Below the pieces are notes generated by a model. It was given only the letters and a program-made list of their open reading frames with translations, made no database searches and had not been told where the DNA came from. 64,000 nucleotides of DNA, from contig CANHIJ010000004.1 of NCBI GenBank assembly GCA_947460575.1, forward strand, positions 12,840 through 76,839. Reading direction: 5' to 3'. Below are positions 41,286-51,500 of this stretch, one piece after another (within the stretch, counting starts at the first letter, position 1; each line of letters starts with the position of its first letter). A program made the position numbers and the translations under genes. Source of the stretch: Verrucomicrobiales bacterium (GTDB lineage Bacteria > Verrucomicrobiota > Verrucomicrobiia > Verrucomicrobiales > V1-33).

Positions 41286-41980
41286 GATTCTTCGCTACTT
41301 TCAGTGGCTTGGAAAAAGTCAAGGAGCGACCGGTAGCGGGAGTTTACCGGCCGTGAAGTAGCGCATGATAATGAGGTGCTTCACCGAGCGGAAGCCCCGG
41401 GCTTTGCGCTTCACGGCGGAGAACACGCTGTTAAGACTCTCCAGAAAGGCATTGGTGGTGCGGGACTGCCAGGGGGCGAGAATGCCTTCCAGATGGTTCT
41501 CCATCATTGCTGCCGCTGGGAGCCTTTTCCCGAAAATCAGACTGGGTATTTCCAGGCCACCCTCTTCACCCACCGGCACCACGCGCGCCTTTTTTCACGG
41601 GCATTGGTTTCGTCCGGCAGCCGATAGATATTCTGAAGGACCAGCCGCATCTGATAGGCCCGCGCGGTCGCCAGGTGTTGGCCTTTGAGTTCTTGGATCT
41701 CCGCGGGCTCCTTCTCGGTAAGGTTCTCCGGATTTTTCCGCCACCGCCATAGGGTGCCTTGGAGCACGGGCCGCGCGCTGCGTTCCTGCCGACTTTCCTG
41801 ACGTCGCGTGTCGTCCACCGCTTTGCTCACAGGCGCGATGACAGGGCATTTGTCGAACTCCACTCGCGCCTGCGACCCGATTTTTTGATCCGCTCCCGCG
41901 AGATACGCGGGACTCATGTCCATGGAGATTTCCGTGATCGCCCGGTGGTGTCCATTGGGCTCCTCAAACGCGGCGACGCA
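41286..41980 (-). pseudogene. ISL3-family transposase remnant (C-terminal half, frameshifted) with its terminal repeat
   Basis: EISMDMSPAY, FDKCPVI, TNAFLESLNSVFSAVKRKARGFRS split across frames; end GATTCTTCGCTACTTTCAGTGG at 41286. Confidence 0.88.
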
Positions 41981-42203
41981 CTTTTATGCGGTATTCTGGG
42001 AGCAACCGGATCAAGCCCGCGCGCGGAAGTTATTTTGGCTCAACCAATAAATTCCACCAAGACCCGGAAAAAGCGCTTGATCAGTGAAGGTAAAATCCGC
42101 CCACGCCCGATGAATTTCCGAAAAATGCACCCAAATCACCTGTCATTTCCGACCGCCGAGGAGTATAAAATATCCGTGGTGGTGCGTGGCCATTTTTTCG
42201 CTT

Positions 42204-45200
42204 ATGAAAATCCAATGCTTTTTTCTCCATGCTTTGTTGCTTTGCGGGACTGCCCAGGCGCAGTCACCTTCTGCCAAGGCGCGCACCGACTGGAACTTTA
42301 ATGATGCCGCCGATCTCGACGCCTTGCCTAGTGTGCCGGACGGTTTCAGCGTGACGTTGTTTGCCAGGGAGCCACTTCTGCGCAATGCCTCCTCGATCGC
42401 GTTCGATGGGCGCGGCCGCATGTTTGTGAGCATGGGGCCGCAGTATCGTAATCCCACGCCAAAAACGCCGCCGGACCGCGTGCTTCTGGTGAAAGACACC
42501 GATGGCGATGGCGTGGCGGACCAGGCCCTGACTTTCGCCACCGGCTTCAATTGCGTCCAGGGACTTGCGTGGCATGGACGCGATTTGTGGGTGGCCAATG
42601 CACCCGACCTGACTATTGTACGCGATCTCGATGGCGACGATGTGGCGGATGAATATGTGCGCGTCTTCACGGATCTCGGCAACATCGAGCACGGTCTTCA
42701 CGGCTTGAACTGGGCCCCGGACGGACGGCTCTACATGACGAAAGGGAATAGCAAGGGGCTGGCGATGAAAGAAGCGGTGAAGGGTGAGCCGGAGCGGATC
42801 GCGCCGCAGCCGTTTCGTGAACTGGCGGGATTTTCGGGACCGAAGGGAGCACCCCATTTTCCTGCGCCGAAAACGTTCACGCGCGATACCTACAAAAGCA
42901 CCTATCAGGACCCTCGGGACGACTGGGGCGAGAAGGGCGGCGTGCTGCGCTGCGATGATTTGGGGGCCCATCTCGAGATCGTTTCCCGAGGTCTGCGCAA
43001 TCCATACGGCATGGGGTTTGATGATGGCTTTGAATGGCTGGGCACGGATCAAGATCAGAATGAAGGCGACCGTTTATTCATGCCGTTTTACAGCGCGGAC
43101 TTCGGCTGGTCGCACGCCTGGAGCACCCATTGGACGGGCGCGGATCATCTGCCCACGGCACCAATCAGCGGACCGGTTTTCAACGGCAGCGGCACCGGCG
43201 TGATCTATGCGGACTCGCCGGCATGGCCAGCCGCCTATCGCGGGGTTTGGTTCATCAATGACTGGCTGCTGAAATCCACGCAACTCTATCGCCCCGATTG
43301 GAAAGGTGCGCTCGTGCAACCGACCGGCGGCACGTGGGAGGACTTTGTGACGGCTAAAGAAACTGGGGCGCTGTATCGCCCGGTGGACATGGCGTTTGGC
43401 GCGGATGGCGCGCTCTATATTGTGGGTTGGAGCCGTGGCTATGGCGTGGAGTGGGACAAGGACGGCCAGATGAGCAATGAGGGACGCGTCTATCGCATCA
43501 TGCCGACAGGCGCCAAGTCGCTGCCGCCGCCGTCGGCCATTGCCTTCGCCCAAATGACGGTGCCGCAATTGCTCGCGGAGTTTGATAGCTTGCTACCGGT
43601 CCGGCGCATTGATGCCGAGGATGAGCTCGCGCGTCGTGGCAAAGAGGTAGAAGCGGAACTCATCACCGCATGGAAAAGTGGCACCTTGAGCCGGGCGCAG
43701 GAAACGTGGGCGCTGTGGGCGCTGAACCGCGTCGGCGCGGAAGATGAACTCTTCGCTAGGATCGCAGGCGATGCTTCAGCGCCGCTGAACCCGCGGCTCC
43801 AGGCCTTCCGCATTCTTGGTCGCCGGAAATCCGCCATGCTGGAAACGGGGTTCGCCTCTGCACTGGCTGACAAGGAAGCTCGGGTGCGCTTTGCCGCCGT
43901 GCAGGCGGTGCATCAAGGTGGCCTCACCGCTCTGGCGGTGCCGCTGATGGCTCATGCCGCGACGGAGCAGGATCGCCTAATTTATTATGCCACATGGCAC
44001 GCCTTGCGTGATCTCGCTGGGGTGGCGAAATTAAGGACCCTGCTAGGGGATGCTCGTGGCGGGGTGCGATGCGCGGCCTTGCTGGCCTTGCTTGATCTCC
44101 AAGCCATCACCAAGGCAGAACTGCCCACCTTCACCCGCGACGAAGACGCGTCCGTGCGCACGGTGGCACGGCTCGCCATCGGCACCCGTCCGGACCCCAA
44201 AGCCGAGGAGGTCGCCGCGCCGCTTTTTGCCCTGGCAACGAACATCGTGGCGGAAAGTGGACGTGCTTATGCCGCCGCCTCCTTGCAGCCCGGACAGGCG
44301 AGCTACACGGATCGTCCTTACAAGTTCACTCAGGTGCCGGAAGCCTTGCGCGGAGCCTTCCTGATCCGCACCGCGAACGAAGACGATCACGCGGGTGGCC
44401 GGAGTTTCCTCACCTTTCAGGCTGCGCTGGAATCAACTGTCATGGTCGCGCATGATACCAGAATCAAGGAGCGCCCCGCTTGGCTGCGCGACTTCGCGGA
44501 TACCGACCATACTATTATCACCGAAGACACCACGTTCCATCTGTGGTCGAAGGATTTTCCGGCAGGCGAAGTCGTGCTAGGAGGAAATGCGGCCGATGGA
44601 AATGACCGCGGTTATGCAAATTACTTTGTCATTGTGCAGCCGAAACCGCTGCCACCACCCGCCACCGCGACCACCCTGGATGCCGCCCTCGCCGCGCTGC
44701 CGTCCGCCCGTCCAGGCCGCGGCGAAGCGCTGTTCTTTGTTGGCACGACCTGCGCGGGCTGTCATCGCGTCGGCGGGCGCGGCATCAACTTCGGCCCCGA
44801 CCTCACCAATCTCGGCGACCGCCTCGAGGCAGCATTTATCGTGCAATCCATGATCGACCCGAACGCGGTTATCACCGAGGGTTTCTCCGCTCATGTCGTC
44901 GAGGCTGGCGGCAAGCATTACTTTGGCATCTTGCTTTCCTCCGGCAGGACGCTGAAGCTCGGAGTGGTCGGCGACGAGACCGTGGAGTTAGGAGCGGACA
45001 CGATCACGAAGCACGAGACGCTGTCCGTATCACCGATGCCGCCACAAGGCGCGCTGCTCAAGCCGCAGGACGTAGCCGACATCACGGCATGGTTGCTTTC
45101 GCAAAAAAGTGCTCCGGTCGCTAGCGCTGCGCCGCCGCCCATAACCGATGGCTTTAGCGTCGAGGCGCGCGCGGATTCCCTTTCCATCTCGTGGCAGGGC

Positions 45201-46049
45201 CGCGCGGTTGGTGACTATGTTTTCCGCGACCCAATCATACAACGACCGTATTTTGCCCGGCTGCACGCGCCCGACGGCACCCAGGTCACCCGTCATTTCC
45301 CCCCGGTGGAAGGTCAGGACGCCACCGACCACGACACCATGCATCCAGGACTCGGGCTCGCGTTTGGCGACCTCAATGGCGTGGATTTCTGGCGCAACAA
45401 AGGTCGCGTTGCACATGTGCGCTTCACGCGCGAACCGCGCGTCGAGGGCGGGCGGCTGTCGTTTGTCGTGGAGGAAAAGTATCTCGCGCCGGATGGGATT
45501 GAAGTCTGTCGCGGCACGAATGCGTTTTGCTTCGTCGCGGGCGACACCCTGCAGCCCGCGCTTCCGGGCACCCTGCTGCTATGGAACACCACGCTGCGCC
45601 GCGAGGACGGTCCGCTCACTTTCGGCCCGCAGCACGAGATGGGACTGGGGCTTCGCATGGCCACGCCACTCGTCGTAAAAGGCGGCACCGGCAGCATCCT
45701 CAGCAGTCACGGCGGCGAAAACGAAGCAGGCAACTGGGGTCGCCTTAGTTCCTGGTGGGACTACTCCGGCACCGTGAACGGCCGCCACGCCGGCGTGTTT
45801 CTTTTCGCGGCACCGGACAACTCGCGCGCCGTCTGGTCACACGCGCGGGACTATGGATTCCTTGCGATGAATCCCACCGGCCCTCCTCCTGGTGTGAAAG
45901 ACGTGCCCTCGCTGCCTTTCAACGTGCCCGCAGGTGAGACGCTGCGACTGAAGTTTGGCGTGCTCCTGCACGCCTCGCCCGAACCGATGGCCCCAGCCCA
46001 AGCCGCGTCCGCCGTGAGCGGCGCCTTAAAAAAGTGGCCTACCGATTAG
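42204..46049 (+). CDS. PVC-type membrane-bound-dehydrogenase-like protein: beta-propeller + HEAT repeats + beta-sandwich + c-type heme + C-terminal PmoA/DUF6807-like domain
   Basis: Signal peptide, VPDGFSVTLFAREP, DTDGDGVAD, GLRNP, HEAT-like helices, CAGCH...FGPDL, RPYF...DHDTMHPGL. Confidence 0.82.
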   Translation: MKIQCFFLHALLLCGTAQAQSPSAKARTDWNFNDAADLDALPSVPDGFSVTLFAREPLLRNASSIAFDGRGRMFVSMGPQYRNPTPKTPPDRVLLVKDTDGDGVADQALTFATGFNCVQGLAWHGRDLWVANAPDLTIVRDLDGDDVADEYVRVFTDLGNIEHGLHGLNWAPDGRLYMTKGNSKGLAMKEAVKGEPERIAPQPFRELAGFSGPKGAPHFPAPKTFTRDTYKSTYQDPRDDWGEKGGVLRCDDLGAHLEIVSRGLRNPYGMGFDDGFEWLGTDQDQNEGDRLFMPFYSADFGWSHAWSTHWTGADHLPTAPISGPVFNGSGTGVIYADSPAWPAAYRGVWFINDWLLKSTQLYRPDWKGALVQPTGGTWEDFVTAKETGALYRPVDMAFGADGALYIVGWSRGYGVEWDKDGQMSNEGRVYRIMPTGAKSLPPPSAIAFAQMTVPQLLAEFDSLLPVRRIDAEDELARRGKEVEAELITAWKSGTLSRAQETWALWALNRVGAEDELFARIAGDASAPLNPRLQAFRILGRRKSAMLETGFASALADKEARVRFAAVQAVHQGGLTALAVPLMAHAATEQDRLIYYATWHALRDLAGVAKLRTLLGDARGGVRCAALLALLDLQAITKAELPTFTRDEDASVRTVARLAIGTRPDPKAEEVAAPLFALATNIVAESGRAYAAASLQPGQASYTDRPYKFTQVPEALRGAFLIRTANEDDHAGGRSFLTFQAALESTVMVAHDTRIKERPAWLRDFADTDHTIITEDTTFHLWSKDFPAGEVVLGGNAADGNDRGYANYFVIVQPKPLPPPATATTLDAALAALPSARPGRGEALFFVGTTCAGCHRVGGRGINFGPDLTNLGDRLEAAFIVQSMIDPNAVITEGFSAHVVEAGGKHYFGILLSSGRTLKLGVVGDETVELGADTITKHETLSVSPMPPQGALLKPQDVADITAWLLSQKSAPVASAAPPPITDGFSVEARADSLSISWQGRAVGDYVFRDPIIQRPYFARLHAPDGTQVTRHFPPVEGQDATDHDTMHPGLGLAFGDLNGVDFWRNKGRVAHVRFTREPRVEGGRLSFVVEEKYLAPDGIEVCRGTNAFCFVAGDTLQPALPGTLLLWNTTLRREDGPLTFGPQHEMGLGLRMATPLVVKGGTGSILSSHGGENEAGNWGRLSSWWDYSGTVNGRHAGVFLFAAPDNSRAVWSHARDYGFLAMNPTGPPPGVKDVPSLPFNVPAGETLRLKFGVLLHASPEPMAPAQAASAVSGALKKWPTD

Positions 46050-46135
46050 GTCGCCCCTGCAGGGCTCGGTTGGCTTTTTGAACCGATATGACCCAGGGCG
46101 TTGCCCTGGGCTGGCGCAGGCCGCGCCATTGGCGC
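46042..46135 (+). repeat. REP-like palindrome, family 1; overlaps the stop codon of the upstream gene
   Basis: CGCCCCTGCAGGGCTC...ACCCAGGGCGTTGCCCTGGGCTG...GCGCCATTGGCGC. Confidence 0.8.
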
Positions 46136-46259
46136 TCTCCTGCAACGCTCCAACGGAGCGCGCCTCTACCTCCTAATCGGGCACGCATCTGCGCCCCACC
46201 GGGGCACCCCTTGCCCCCAACGGGGCGCGCACCCACTCCCTAACATAGTTACGCATTTT

Positions 46260-46348
46260 CGCCCCAAGGGGGCACGCCAAGGCACCCAGGGCACCGCCCT
46301 GGGTTTTCGCAGCATCAAAGGAAGTTAAGCCCTGTAGGGGTGACCTAA
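46260..46348 (-). repeat. REP-like palindrome, family 1, inverted copy
   Basis: GCCCCAAGGGGGC...CCCAGGGCACCGCCCTGGG...GCCCTGTAGGGGTGACCTAA. Confidence 0.75.
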
Positions 46349-46375
46349 GGCCGACTCAGACAGCATCCCGACCTA

Positions 46376-46608
46376 ACCACAAATCGGAAATAACCGCAGC
46401 AAAGCCTTCCGGGTCATGGGCGCATCATGACACCATTGGGCGCGCACCCGCCCGCCGGGTGGGTGCACCGACCACGATGCGGTCTGGGCTTTTGATCACG
46501 GAAGGGACCCACCCAAAGGGGGCGTCTCCTGAGGAGGAAAAACGGCTCATGGCCCGTGCCTATCACGAAAAAGGCCCCCTGGTCGCGTTTCAACTCCCGC
46601 TTTTAGGT
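46376..46608 (+). mobile_element. MITE-like element, copy B
   Basis: Right end CAACTCCCGCTTTTAGGT (46591-46608); 46445-46608 aligns by eye to 10238-10402; degenerate left end ACCACAAATCGGAAAT. Confidence 0.6.
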
Positions 46609-46611
46609 TAA

Positions 46612-46955
46612 ACCAAAAATCGCAAGTTGACTATCGTATCCGGTGGACGCGGAGCGCTGGCGCGGGAGGCTTTTCTCGCTCGTGGGCTTTTTTGGGGCTA
46701 CCGCGCTGGCACCCCTGGCGGGGTGCGGGCCCTCTTGAGACGATGATCCGGTGGTGTCGCGGCGCTCACCACCGGCTACACGCTAGGATGCCTCCGGCAT
46801 CGCCGCCTGGCTGGTTCACCGGCCATGATGTTGGGGGCTTTTGACCACGAGGACTCATCCCATGGGGTAGGCTGCTGAGGAGGAAACAAACAGATCATCC
46901 CCCGTCCTTATCAAAAAAGGGCCCTACGGTCGCGTTTTAACTCCCGCTTCTAGGT
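46612..46955 (+). mobile_element. MITE-like element, copy C, in tandem with B and separated by TAA; carries REP family 2
   Basis: Left end ACCAAAAATCGCAAGTTG, right end AACTCCCGCTTCTAGGT; 5' part matches 9698-9808. Confidence 0.7.
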
Positions 46956-47034
46956 GTAATGATCTCGGGGATACTTCCGCCTGCTTGGAGAGTCGTTTTT
47001 TGTGGCCCTTCAGGCTTCTTTCCGGGTCAAACCG

Positions 47035-48270
47035 TCATGGAGACTTCAAACGAAAGAATTGGCTTTCGGTGGTGACGTTGCATAGGGCCGGAGAGGTCAG
47101 GCCCGGGTCCGTCCATCCACCTGTAGCCGCAACGTTAGGGCTTGTCTGCAGGCTCCAGCCCGGCGCGGTCCAGGTCAGGGTGAACTGGGCCGCCCCCGGC
47201 CCAGCGCTGATGAGCAGCTCTGGCAGGGCCGGCGCGCAGCCCGCCCCTTAACGTGAGAGTATTGCTGGCGGTGTTGTCGCCGCCGGTGCGGTAGGAGGGC
47301 GCGGTGAGGGCGCTGAGATTGATGATTCCGGAGTTTCTGCCAGTGCGCGAAGCGCGGGTGTCTACCCCGAAGACGTCTAATTGGGCGGCTTGCACGGTGA
47401 TGTCCGAGGCACCTTCGCCGTCGACGTCCCGACCACGGGTGTCCAAGCCACTGGTGATCGGGACTTTGCCAAGGGCGCTGATCCGCCGGGGCCGACCGTT
47501 AAAACTGACGTCGCGGACCTGCACATTGATGTCGTAAAGCGAGACGTTGTTGACGTAGCTGATAGTGAGGACGCGGGGCGTATCCCGGTCACAACAGCCA
47601 CGAAAGGTGGCATAATTCACCCGCTTGCCGAGACCGACAATGCGTCCCTGTGCCACGATGCTGTTGGTGCCATTGAGATCCAGGATCAGGTTTTTGGCTG
47701 GGTAGCCATTGACGGCCGAGATGGTCCAGGTATTCAAGCCGATATCGGCGCTGCTGGGGGTGCCCGAAAGAGATCCGTCCGGGGCCACGGCCAACCAGGA
47801 TGGACCACTCACTTTCTCCCAGATCAAAAAAGTTGCAGAGGAGGGGGGGTGCGGGTCTGTGGCCGAGCCCGCCAGAGTCTGATTTCTGATGGCATAGTCA
47901 CCTTGAGAGACGAATGCGGTGGCCCTGACGACGGGACCGACCGGAAACTTTGGGCTGTCATTGACGAAGATATTGAGCGTGGCGTTGAAGGGGGTGAAAA
48001 GGCCATCGCTCACGGATACTCTGAAGACATGGGCTAAGAGATTGGTTGGGGCCGGGGTGCCGGATAACGTGCCATCGGAGGCCACCTGAAGCCAGGCTGG
48101 GCCGGAGATTTTGGCAAAGGTCAGCGCCTGCGGGCCGCAATAGAAGATGTTCGTCGCGAGGGTGTTGCGGTAGGGCGTGTTTTGCTCGGCATTGCTATAG
48201 TTCAAGGTGCCGGAGCCCCAGCGAGGCCCTGCGTCGACAAAGATTTGTAGGGTGGAGGTGGCGAAATGGG
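47035..48270 (-). pseudogene. Remnant of a secreted putative-Ig-repeat protein with a frameshifted C-terminal domain
   Basis: Two K(I/V)SGP(A/S)WLxVAxDGxLSGTP repeats; no signal peptide; the tail FTLTWTAPGWSLQTSPNV...W...QFFRLKSP* (stop at 47035) is in a different frame. Confidence 0.7.
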
Positions 48271-48557
48271 GAAGCCCCCTATAGTCCTCTCTCCGCGGCA
48301 AGGCATAGGCAGGGCGACGGAGTGGGAGTGAGAGTGGGCTATTTGGGCACAGGATTGCCTGATTCACCCCAAACGTTGGCAAATAAAAACGGCCTGGGCC
48401 TGGCAGAGACGGGGAACACCGGCCTTTATTTAAAATTTTATAAATTTCCTTCTCTTTTCAATAAATTTCTGTCAAACTGAAGTTGTATTACAGATTGTGC
48501 CGTAATGGAGGTCCCGACCCGGGACTTTTTGGATAACTTCTTAACCACCTTATTGTT

Positions 48558-51500
48558 ATGAAAACCAAATTCAAATCACCCCTGCTGCTCATTTTCGCCG
48601 GCTGGGCCTCCATGATCAGCCACGGTCTGGCGCAAACGGCCCAGGTGCAGGCCTCCCTGAGTGTGGATGGCCAGCTTTTTATCGTTAGTGGAACTCAACA
48701 GGATGATGTGTTGGATCTGCGCCTTTCCGGTGGTGCCGCCGGCCCGGACGGCGGGGCAGATCTTTTCAGCAATGGCACGCTGCTCTTTCACTTCACGCCG
48801 AATCAACGTCTCGCCGTGCGCGAGTGCCAGGTCTCGCTCTTTAATGGGAATGACCGCTTTCTGGTGCATGACTCGGTCGCCCTGCCCTTCAATGCGGGCG
48901 TGGTCTGGAAGGTGAATGCCGGTGATGGAGATGACGTGGTGGCTCTCAATGGCCCGGACCAGGGTTCCACCAGCCAGATGGTGGAACAGTGGATAAATCT
49001 GCGTCCGCAGTTATCCGCCCGGGGCCTGACAATTTCGGAACAAGCCACCACTGTAATGGACCAGCGCCTCGCCTGGGCACAGGCTCAAGTCACCGATCTG
49101 CTGGTTGGAAAATCTGCGGCGGTGCAAACGCGGGCCCTGGCTCAGATTGAGCGGCTGGTTTCGGATAATCCAGACTCGCTGGTCAGTGAACTTGGCCGAA
49201 AAATGAAAACCATCAGCGCCGCGATCGCTGCCCATGGCCCGGATGCCCTGGTGGCGCGCAAAGGCATCAATGAAAAAGGCCTCCCGATCGCTCCCGGTGG
49301 ACCCGATGGCACCAATGCCAAGGGCATCAGCGAAAAGGGCCTTCCCTATGAAGGCGTGGGCCCTCTTTTCAATGCCGATCCGGTGATCCGACAGATCGCC
49401 CTGCAGGAAGCCCGCATGATTAGCCTTTTTGACTGGCTGCCGGATGCTGCGGATGATGGGGGCGCGGCGGGGCTGGATCAGAATGACCGCCTGACACAAT
49501 CCCTCGCCTTTGCCCAGGACGTCAGTCTGGCGATGGAAACCCTGGGAACCAATACGGCTGCCGATATCGCGGCGGCGGTGGACCCTGTGGTGGCGGAGAT
49601 GATAGCCATCAGCGACGGGTATAGCGCACCAAGCATCGCCTTCGGCACCACGCTGGAAAACACCGCCAATACTGACTTCCTGCCCATCGAAGCCCGTATC
49701 ACCGGTGGTCCATTAGGCACGGACTCATTCGAATCCGCCATGGCAATTTATCAGGCGGATGCTGAAGCCGTGGATGCCACCGGTGCCAGCGAAGCCGATG
49801 CGGCGATCCTGGGTATCATCGCCAGCCTGAAGGATTTCGAAAATCTGATGGCCCCGGCCCTGCAGACTATGGATGCCCCGGATACGGCTGCCGGCGGCGT
49901 CGGCGGGCCTGCCGGAGCGGGTCCTCCCCCAGCAGGTGGCCCAGCGGGTTTGACCCTGCCCGGCTGCAACATCACCACCACCAATACCATCTCCGGCGGA
50001 GCTGGCTTTGATCTTCTGATCGGCACGCCAGCCAATGATAACATTTCCGGAAATGGTGGAGTCGATTTCATCTTCGGCCGCGGCGGCGATGACATCATCA
50101 GCGGCGATGCCGATATTGACTTCCTCTTCGGCATGAAAGGCGGGGATGATATCTCCGGCGGCGACGATACCGATTTCATTTTTGGTGACGCGATATTCTG
50201 GTCAGGGAATGACTGCCTGCAGGGCGATGACGGCATTGATATCATCCTGGGGGAAAAAGGAGACGACGGCATGGAAGGCGGCGACAAGCTGGATCTGATG
50301 ATCGGCGGTGCCGGCAATGACATCATGAACGGTGACAAGGGCAACGACATCATGCTGGGCTGGACGGGTAATGACTCGCTGGATGGCGGCGATGAAACCG
50401 ACCTCATGCTGGGCGACTACCCCCTGGCACCTCCCGGCGATGACCTGCTGGTCGGCAGTGGAGGCACCAATATCACCATCGCCGGCGTTGGGTATGAAAT
50501 CGGGGACATTGAATTCGGCAATGATGGCAAGGATACGGTCAATGGCGGCTCTGGCATCGACTTCCAATGGGGCAACCTCGGCGATGACACCATGAATGGC
50601 GATGCCAACATAGATCTGATGTTTGGAGGTCCCGGGCAGGATGTGATGCAAGGTGAACTGGGAGGCACCCTGTTTGTCGTCAGTGGAGTTCCGGTGCGCT
50701 TCGGCAATGTTATGTTCGGCGGCGACGATAACGACCAGGAAACCGGTGGCGGGGATTTCGATATCATTTTTGGCAACAAGGCGGATGACCGCCTGATCGG
50801 TGGAAAGAACAGTTCGTTCCACGTCCTCGGGATCGACACCGATCTCATCTTCGGCGGCCCGGGCAATGACTATGCAGATGGCCACCACCGCACGGACCTG
50901 ATCTTCGGACAGGATGGGGATGACGAACTCCATGGGGATCTGGGAGCCCTGATCCAGGTGACTTCTCACGATATTGTTTTCGGTGGCGATGGGGATGATA
51001 AAATCTTCGGGGGCAATGGGAATGACCTGTGCTTTGGCAATAGTGGATCTGATGCCATCAATGGCGAATGGGACTTGGTGCTAGACATTCTTTTCGGCAA
51101 TGACGGGGATGATGTCGTCGATGGCGATACTGGCAATGACCTGATCTTTGGCAATGATGGCAACGATACCCTCCTTGGCGGCAATGGCTTGCTGGATATC
51201 ATTTTTGGCGACTCCGGGAACGATGTCATCTCCGGCCAGGGCGGGATCGATTTGGCCTTTGGCAATACCGGCAATGACGTAGTCAATGGCGACGGCCTAA
51301 GTGATATTCTTTTTGGCAACGATGGCGATGACACCGTCAACGGGGGGGATTTCCCCGACCTCATCTTCGGGAATGACGGCTGCGACATCCTGTCAGGAAA
51401 CAACAGTGCCGACATCATCTTCGGCAATGCCGGGGACGACAACATCCACGGCAATGACGGGATCGACTTCCTCTTCGGCAATACCGGCAATGACACGATG

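Noticed and set aside
45130-46049. Methane monooxygenase (PmoA-named domain)
   Set aside because: Soluble beta-rich domain with no TM helices and no pmoCAB operon; the family name is misleading
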